The position numbers were made by a program, and so were the translations under genes. Below, one piece after another: positions 52,488 to 64,000 of a stretch of 64,000 nt of DNA. Origin of the DNA: Anolis carolinensis. Taxonomy: Eukaryota. The notes beneath the pieces were generated by a model. The model saw only the letters and a list, made by a program, of their open reading frames with translations, did no database searches and had not been told where the DNA came from. Where the stretch lies: the NCBI RefSeq assembly GCF_035594765.1, contig NC_085847.1, forward strand, positions 1 to 64,000, read 5' to 3'. The first letter of the stretch is position 1. Each line of letters starts with the position of its first letter.

Positions 52488-54165
52488 CTACCACTTGAGG
52501 AAATCCCGCACTCGGCTCCAGAGCTTGGTGATCCACAGGTTGACTCCTAAGTCCGTCAGGTACTGGATCTCGGGGGTCACCATCTTGCGGCACAGCTTGC
52601 GGTGCTTCTTGTGGATGCGCTTCTTGAGGTTGTAGCCCAGGATGGACTTCTTGCCCAGGGGCTGCCAGGGCTGCATGGCGGACTCCTGGATGGCGTTGGC
52701 GTCCACGGGGCGGCCCCCGTCGATGCAGATGCGGGTCATCTTCTCGTTCTCCTCCTGGAGGCGGGCCACGTCCTCGGCCATGCGCTCCCTCCCGTAGGCC
52801 TCCACCTTGCGCCAGAACGTGGCGTTGAAGTGCCGGTAGAGCTTGGCGTCAATGAGGTTCCAGGCGGTGGCCTTCTGGTAGAGCTCGCCCGTCAAGCGGG
52901 AGACGGCGGAGTCCTTCCGGGCGTTGAGCTTGAAGTAGAGGACGTCCTCCAGCTCCCAGCAGAGCAAGTCCTTGAGGAGCACCAGGGACTCGTCAAAGTA
53001 CTCCAGGAGCATGACCAAGTGGAAGCGCCGGTCGATCTCTTGGATGGACTGCTCCACCCGAGGGCTGCTGGGGTTCAGGGTGTTGTCGTAGCCCAGGTCA
53101 AAGAAGAGCAGGTTCTGCAGGTAGTGGGCGTTGAAGCCGTTGGGGTCGTAGTAGCGCCAGGGGTCCCGCAGGAACTCGGCCAGCTTGTCCTCCCCGGAGA
53201 GCTTCCAGGTCAAGGGAATGATGCGCCCAAAGTAGTGGAAGGAGGACTCAAGGAGGTACGCCGGGTCCCGCAGCACCGTCACAAAGGTGGCGCCGGCCGG
53301 CAGCAGCTTGCGCACCTCCTCGTACTGGAAGCGCATGTGGTTGCAGATGATGTTGAAGCACATGCCCGGGCGGTAGTCCCGCACCTGGCTGCGCTCAAAG
53401 AAGGACGGGTAGTAGAAGTCGTTGCGGCCGTTGGGGAAGGCAAACTTGAGGCGGTGCTTCTCCCCAAAGCGGAGGAGGATGTTGAGGATGGTGCTGCTGG
53501 CCGTCTTGTGGGTCTTCATGAACATGATGTCCCGCTTGGGGAGGCACCTGTGGCCCGAGAGGCTGGCGTTGGAAGACGGGGCAGAGCAAGCCGAGGGGAT
53601 GGGCGTCCTGGAAAAGAAAGGCCAAGGGTCAAGGGTTAGGATGCTCCGGCTCCTGTCCCAAAACTATCCCTTCCAAGCATTGAATGCTCACTAGGACTAT
53701 CCTGTGGTCAAATTAGACGAGGTGAAAATAGATGAGTTGAAATGCAATGACACCCATCTCCTAGTGAGGAGGTGTAGGACTTTCCTAGTTCTCCAACCCA
53801 GCACTCTTCACAAAGGGAACTGCAAGGGACATCTAGTCTAACCCCTCTACTCTTTGAGGAACTGCATTGAGGAGGCCCTTACTGTCTGAAGAACCACGTC
53901 CCAATACCAGCCGCCCACATTTTGCAGTGAGGCAGTTCACGCCGATCAGGGAGACCCTTCTGCGGCAAGGATGCCCGAACTCTCCTTCCAAAGGGAGAGA
54001 CCTCCCCTCCGTCCCCCTCCCCCAAGTGTGGATGCAGGGCCAGCTCACTCACTCGGTCGTGCTGGCTTGCAAGGGCGAGAGGGCGTAGGAGTAGAGCAGC
54101 AGCATGAGGCTGGTCAGGAGGGTGCCCAGCGCCAGGCCCTTGCCCATGGAGCGCCCGCTCTTCAT
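52488..54165 (-). CDS. GAL3ST1: galactosylceramide sulfotransferase, copy A (~410 aa); exons 54165-54053 and 53607-52488
   Basis: Type II TM N-terminus SMGKGLALGTLLTSLMLLLYSYA; 5'-PSB KTHKTASST; FPNGRNDF; LRDP..ESSFHY; C-terminus TPEIQYLTDLGVNLWITKLW..RDFLKW; intact frame and GT-AG intron. Confidence 0.93.
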
Positions 54166-54729
54166 CACCTGCAGCCGGAGGAGTCCGGGGGGAAAGACCG
54201 TCAGCATTGGACTCAGGAAGGGTGGAGGGCGGGCCTTCCGGCACACTCTGTCCATGCTTCTCTTCCCACCCTTCTTCTCACATCCTCTCCCAGAGGGTGA
54301 GCCCTCGGTCACGGGGTGGGGAGGCTTCCAAAACCAATAATCCACGTTAGGGAGGATTCCAACAACAATGGCAAACACTGAATGCCATAATACAGGATTA
54401 TAAACATATTCAAAGAGTAAACCAACCGGTTTCCAAGAGAAGCCAACTTATAACCCCCAAATTAGATAATAACATCACCTTTCACCTAACATAACATCAC
54501 CTAAAAGCATCCAAGACCTTAATCATCTATTTATTTGGCTCTGCTGGTTCGGGTTTGGTCAGCTTCGTTGGCTCTGTGATTTTTTTGGTTGCATCATCAT
54601 TGTAATCATTATTTTTTAATCAAATAAATAGGTGCTTAACGTCTTGGATGCTTTGAGGTGATGTTATGTTAGGTGATAGGTGATGTTATCTAATTTGGGG
54701 GTTAGAAGTTGGTCTCCAATGTTGGCTTC

Positions 54730-55589
54730 TCGGCATGTGCGATCCATGAAAAAAAAGGTCCAATACTCGCTTCCAAAGTAGGGGGCGCTGGCGCTTCATT
54801 TCTAAAGTCATTTCCTATTTTTGAGCCAAAAATTTCAGAAGTTTCCAAAAATTCAGAATATTCGGAATTACTTCGTTAATGCCAGACGTGCATGCGCAAT
54901 TGCGAAAAACAGCACCGGGGAGGGGGGATTTTACAAGACTCTCCCGCCCTCACTTTTTGAGCTATCCTGGTCAAATTTGGCACAGTGGTAGAACACATTC
55001 AACTCTGCTAGCTCACCAAATTATAGAATGTTTCCTTTATCCTCTGATTTTTGGTGATTTTTCATAGCTTATATAAGAAAACATTTTCTAATAATTGCAG
55101 AAATCTATTCCTGCTTTGAAATTCTTGTTTCCTGTTTCATTGGGTTATCTTTACTTTGAAAGTTCTCATTCTACTTGGGAAACTTTGTTTTTGTGGCTGA
55201 AACTCTGTGAAATTGGTGGACACTGTGCTGCCGCAATGTGCAATGTGCTGCCAGCCACCGAGGGCTGGGATTCTGGAGCGATGATGGGTCTTGTAGTACT
55301 ACACAACCCCACTCAGGACGTACAAGCCCCTCCCCTCACAGGAACGTGCACTCCGATTGGTCAGGGAGGCAACCCCCTGCTAGGCTGCTCTTCCCTCCAA
55401 AACAAGTTTGGTTGCGTTAAAAAAATGGCTTTATTTATTACCGATACAATTTTGAAAAAATTACAAAAATTATCTATAAGTGTTCAAAATCGCGGGTTAG
55501 ATAGCCCTCGTCGGGACCACATCCGCAAGTAGGAATAAATACGATTTTATTACGAAAACCGAGATTTATGGTATTTCCGCCCATCCCTA
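54730..55589. mobile_element. non-autonomous hAT-like DNA transposon inserted in the right palindrome arm
   Basis: Imperfect inverted termini TCGGCATGTGCG / CGCCCATCCCTA; 8-bp target duplication TTGGCTTC (54722-54729) / TTGACTTC (55590-55597); the left arm shows the empty site. Confidence 0.7.
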
Positions 55590-55922
55590 TTGACTTCTCT
55601 TGGGAACCGGTTGGCTTGCTATTTGACTATGTTTACCGTCCTGTATTATGGAACTCAGTGTTTGCTACTGTTTGCAGGAATCCTCCCTAAGGTGGATTAT
55701 AACATAATACAACTGTATTTGTATTCCGCCCTGTCTCCCCAAGGGGAGTAGTATTTTTGGAAGCCTCCCCACCCCGTGACCGAGGGCTCACCCTCTGGGA
55801 GAGGATGCGAAGAGAAGGGTGGGAAGAGAAGCATGGACACAGTGTGCCGGAAGGCCCGCCCTCCACCCTTCCTGAGTCTAATGCTGACGGTCTTTCCCCC
55901 CGGACTCCTCCGGCTGCAGGTG

Positions 55923-57618
55923 ATGAAGAGCGGGCGCTCCATGGGCAAGGGCCTGGCGCTGGGCACCCTCCTGACCAGCCTCATGCTGCTGCTCTACTCC
56001 TACGCCCTCTCGCCCTTGCAAGCCAGCACGACCGAGTGAGTGAGCTGGCCCTGCATCCACACTTGGGGGAGGGGGACAGAGGGGAGGTCTCTCCCTTTGG
56101 AAGGAGAGTTCGGGCATCCTTGCCGCAGAAGGGTCTCCCTGATCGGCGTGAACTGCCTCACTGCAAAATGTGGGCAGCTGGTATTGGGACGTGGTTCTTC
56201 AGACAGTAAGGGCCTCCTCAATGCAGTTCCTCAAAGAGTAGAGGGGTTAGACTAGATGCCCCTTGCAGTCCCTGGAGTTCCCTTTGTGAAGAGTGCTGGG
56301 TTGGAGAACTAGGAAAGTCCTACACCTCCTCACTAGGAGATGGGTGTCATTGCATTTCAACTCATCTATTTTCACCTCGTCTCATTTGACCACAGGATAG
56401 TCCTAGTGAGCATTCAATGCTTGGAAGGGATAGTTTTGGGACAGGAGCCGGAGCATCCTAACCCTTGACCCTCGGCCTTTCTTTTCCAGGACGCCCATCC
56501 CCTCGGCTTGCTCTTCCTTCCGTGCCCCGTCTTCCAACGCCAGCCTCTCGGGCCACAGGTGCCTCCCCAAGCGGGACATCATGTTCATGAAGACCCACAA
56601 GACGGCCAGCAGCACCATCCTCAACATCCTCCTCCGCTTTGGGGAGAAGCACCGCCTCAAGTTTGCCTTCCCCAACGGCCACACGAACTTCCACTACCCG
56701 TCCTTCTTTGAGCGCCGCCAGGTGCGGGACTACCGCCCGGGCATGTGCTTCAACATCATCTGCAACCACATGCGCTTCCAGTACGAGGAGGTGCGCAAGC
56801 TGCTGCCGGCCGGCGCCACCTTTGTGACGGTGCTGCGGGACCCGGCGTACCTCTTTGAGTCCTCCTTCCACTACTTTGGGCGCATCATTCCCTTGACCTG
56901 GAAGCTCTCCGGGGAGGACAAGCTGGCCGAGTTCCTGCGGGACCCCTGGCGCTACTACGACCCCAACGGCTTCAACGCCCACTACCTGCAGAACCTGCTC
57001 TTCTTTGACCTGGGCTACGACAACACCCTGAACCCCAGCAGCCCTCGGGTGGAGCAGTCCATCCAAGAGATCGACCGGCGCTTCCACTTGGTCATGCTCC
57101 TGGAGTACTTTGACGAGTCCCTGGTGCTCCTCAAGGACTTGCTCTGCTGGGAGCTGGAGGACGTCCTCTACTTCAAGCTCAACGCCCGGAAGGACTCCGC
57201 CGTCTCCCGCTTGACGGGCGAGCTCTACCAGAAGGCCACCGCCTGGAACCTCATTGACGCCAAGCTCTACCGGCACTTCAACGCCACGTTCTGGCGCAAG
57301 GTGGAGGCCTACGGGAGGGAGCGCATGGCCGAGGACGTGGCCCGCCTCCAGGAGGAGAACGAGAAGATGACCCGCATCTGCATCGACGGGGGCCGCCCCG
57401 TGGACGCCAACGCCATCCAGGAGTCCGCCATGCAGCCCTGGCAGCCCCTGGGCAAGAAGTCCATCCTGGGCTACAACCTCAAGAAGCGCATCCACAAGAA
57501 GCACCGCAAGCTGTGCCGCAAGATGGTGACCCCCGAGATCCAGTACCTGACGGACTTAGGAGTCAACCTGTGGATCACCAAGCTCTGGAGCCGAGTGCGG
57601 GATTTCCTCAAGTGGTAG
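55923..57618 (+). CDS. GAL3ST1: galactosylceramide sulfotransferase, copy B (~413 aa); exons 55923-56035 and 56490-57618
   Basis: Same motifs as copy A, but FPNGHTNFHYP..ERRQ and 3 extra stem residues (SFR); intact frame and GT-AG intron. Confidence 0.93.
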
Positions 57619-58099
57619 GCGTGGGTGCCGGCCCCTCTCCCTGACCCACTTATCTTTCCAATTCCCCTTCCCTTCCTTTGATCCTTCCTTTTATTTTTGA
57701 GGGGTCAGCCATGTTGTCATCGGGCCACCCGAGAGCGTGCCGACCGGCTTCAACGCCAGACCGCATCGACAGGCAACTAGATCGAGCAGCCCGAGAAAGA
57801 AAAGATCTCACCATCGCCTCGGCAAAAGCCCCCGTGTGAGCTTATTGACACAGACACTAGGAAACGGATGAGCCGTAACTGTTTGTCTGTCTGTCCTCCT
57901 TGTAGGTGGACTTCTCAATGTGATATCCCCCCCAATGTGTTGTTAATGCCTAAGCCCCAAATGATACAGTACTTCGCTTCAAGTGTGGAAAATTTGCTGC
58001 TTCTCTGGGGAAACAACTCCCCGAAGGACGGTGGTCCGGGAGATGTAATCCCAAGAGAGGCCTTTTCCCAGTTTGGGTTGAGAACAAGTGCGTTATCGA

Positions 58100-58590
58100 G
58101 TGTGTTTCTGGGGGCATTATCAGGGGCTTTTCTGGGTGCCTTTCTGGGTGTGTTTCCGGGTGCGTTACCAGGTGCCCTTCCGGAGGCGTTTCCGGGTGCC
58201 TTTCTGGGGGTGTTTCCGGGTGCCTTTCTGGGGGCGTTTCCGGGTGTGTCATGGGGGGTGCTTCCTGGTGTGTTACTGGGTGCCTTTCAGGGGGTGTTAC
58301 CAGGTGCTTTTCCAGGGGCGTTTCCGGGTGCCTTTCCGGTGGTGTTACTGTGTGCCTTTCCGGGGTGTCTTTCTGGGGGTGTTTCCAGGTGTGTTATGGG
58401 GGGCACTTCCGGGTGTGTTACTGGGTGCCTTTCCAGGTGTGTTACCGGGTGCTTTTCCAGGGGTGTTACTGTGTGCCTTTCTGGCAGCCTTTCCGGGTGT
58501 GTTACGAGGGAGCTTCCTGGTGTGTTACTGGGTGCATTTCCGGGGGCATTACCGTGTGCGTTTCTGGGAGCGTTACTGGGAACGGCCCTC
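58100..58590. repeat. 12-bp-based minisatellite 3' of GAL3ST1 copy B (reverse complement of the 51640-52458 family)
   Basis: GGGTGCCTTTCC / GGTGTGTTACTG units. Confidence 0.85.
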
Positions 58591-58775
58591 CAGGAAGGAA
58601 TGCCCCCAAAGCGGTGCCCCCAAGACCCATCCCCGAGAGCTGACCTAGGGAGATACCATGGTTGATGGCATCGAAAGCCACTGAGATGTCCAAGAGAACC
58701 AACAGGGTCTCGCTCCCCCTGTCCAGTTCCCTGCAGAGGTCATCCACTAAGGCAACCAAAGCTACTGTGCCCAGG
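58585..58775 (-). mobile_element. L2/CR1-clade reverse transcriptase fragment
   Basis: ALVALVDDLCRELDRGSETLLVLLDISVAFDAINH (RT motif LDxSxAFD). Confidence 0.75.
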
Positions 58776-59237
58776 CCTGAAATCGGGTAAGCAACTGCAG
58801 GTGGCACAAAATCCGCTAGGGACGCCGTTGAGGTGCCGGGGCCTGGAGTGCCCAGGGAGGGTTGCGAGGGTGCCTCCCCACATCGCAGTTCAGCGCCAAG
58901 ACCCTCGGCGCTCCGCTCAGAGCGCTCAGCCAAGAAGGGAAGGGGCCATGTTCCAGAGGCATTCTCTCCTGACATTTCACATTTATGGTGGGCATCCTCA
59001 GAGGTTGAGGTTTGTTGGAGACTGGGGAAGAATCTACCTTTTATTTTTCAGTGATTGGTTTGGGGGGGGGTTGCCAAAATACTGTTTGCTTACACTTGAC
59101 AATTACCTAGGTAGTCTGTAGCTAGTTTGCTGATTGTCTGAACATGCACGGAGCCAAACAAGTGCACTTGACGTGCCTGCAGCCTTAACTCTCCGCTGCA
59201 GACGCAAAGGAAACAATAATTTTGCCCGGGGGTCCTC

Positions 59238-59480
59238 AGGGGGGTCGCGGGCCCCCGGGTCAACCTGACTTTCCGAGACATCTGTGGCAGCAGCCACCTT
59301 GGCCTGTGAGCCCACTCTCCAGAGACTTGAGCCAAAACAAATCATTACCTATATTCATAATAAAGGAGACATGATATATGAAAATAATGTATATTTGTAT
59401 TAATAATACAAGAGGGGACGGGGGACCACCGTGATGGACCCTCTGCGTTGAAATCCTTGACAATCCTCCCAATGGCCTCC
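59238..59480 (+). pseudogene. ALKBH2: diverged duplicate of the ALKBH2 3' coding end and 3' UTR/polyA region
   Basis: Encodes RGVAGPRVNLTFRDICGSSHLGL* versus ALKBH2 RGVVGPRVNLTFRDIRGSGHLGP*, followed by CCTATATTCATAATAAAGGAGA as at 51505; a further partial copy lies at 59500-59640. Confidence 0.85.
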
Positions 59481-59639
59481 TTGATTGACCCCTTGATTAA
59501 TTCATTACCTGTATTCATAATAAAGGAGATATATATATGATATATGAAAAGGATGTATATTTGTATTAATAATACGAGAGCGTTCTACTAGAAGGGGACG
59601 ATGGACCACCACAATGGACCCTCTCCGATGAACCCCTCA

Positions 59640-63992
<4,353 letters not shown>

Positions 63993-64000
63993 CTGCAAGA

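Larger units (their letters stand above)
52459..57647. repeat. large inverted repeat (palindrome): arms 52459-54537 and 54621-57647, 83-bp central loop
   Basis: Direct reverse-complement comparison; the right arm is interrupted by an 860-bp element. Confidence 0.92.

Noticed and set aside
51559-52635. Long repetitive ORFs (PERHPET-rich 332 aa, AFPG-rich 261 aa, Cys/Gly-rich 215 aa); similarly 57868-58665
   Set aside because: Open in most frames because the 12-bp unit lacks stop codons; no splice or promoter support
52602-57504. 345-aa and 348-aa ORFs antisense to the GAL3ST1 copies
   Set aside because: Shadow ORFs produced by high GC3 codon usage
52459-57647. GAL3ST1 duplication as a pure assembly artefact
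   Set aside because: Copy-specific indels, diverged inner arms, a transposon with target duplication in one arm only, different 3' flanks and no N-gap argue that it is real; read-level confirmation is still needed

Overview
Eukaryotic, intron-containing sequence with five N-gaps. The repeat content (Sauria SINE, R4/Dong LINE in (TAA)n, Penelope fragments, non-autonomous Helitrons, Tc1/mariner MITEs) points to a squamate, Anolis-like genome; this is an inference. Genes reconstructed by hand from splice sites and remembered human orthologues are: FOXN4 (+, 9 coding exons), UNG (-, with both the nuclear UNG2 exon 1A and the mitochondrial UNG1 exon 1B), ALKBH2 (+, divergent from UNG), two head-to-head copies of GAL3ST1, and the last four exons of USP30 (-). 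This is the human 12q24 / chicken chr15 block (FOXN4-ACACB-UNG-ALKBH2-USP30), but ACACB is absent and a GAL3ST1 palindrome sits between ALKBH2 and USP30. The main finding is that palindrome. It has ~2 kb arms around an 83-bp loop, with one arm interrupted by a hAT-like element. By eye, the two coding copies differ by seven substitutions that are all amino-acid changing, none synonymous, plus a 9-bp in-frame indel; six of the seven cluster in one short segment. The cassette is bracketed by diverged direct copies of the ALKBH2 3' end and has no room for its ancestral upstream promoter. All coordinates and counts were read by eye.
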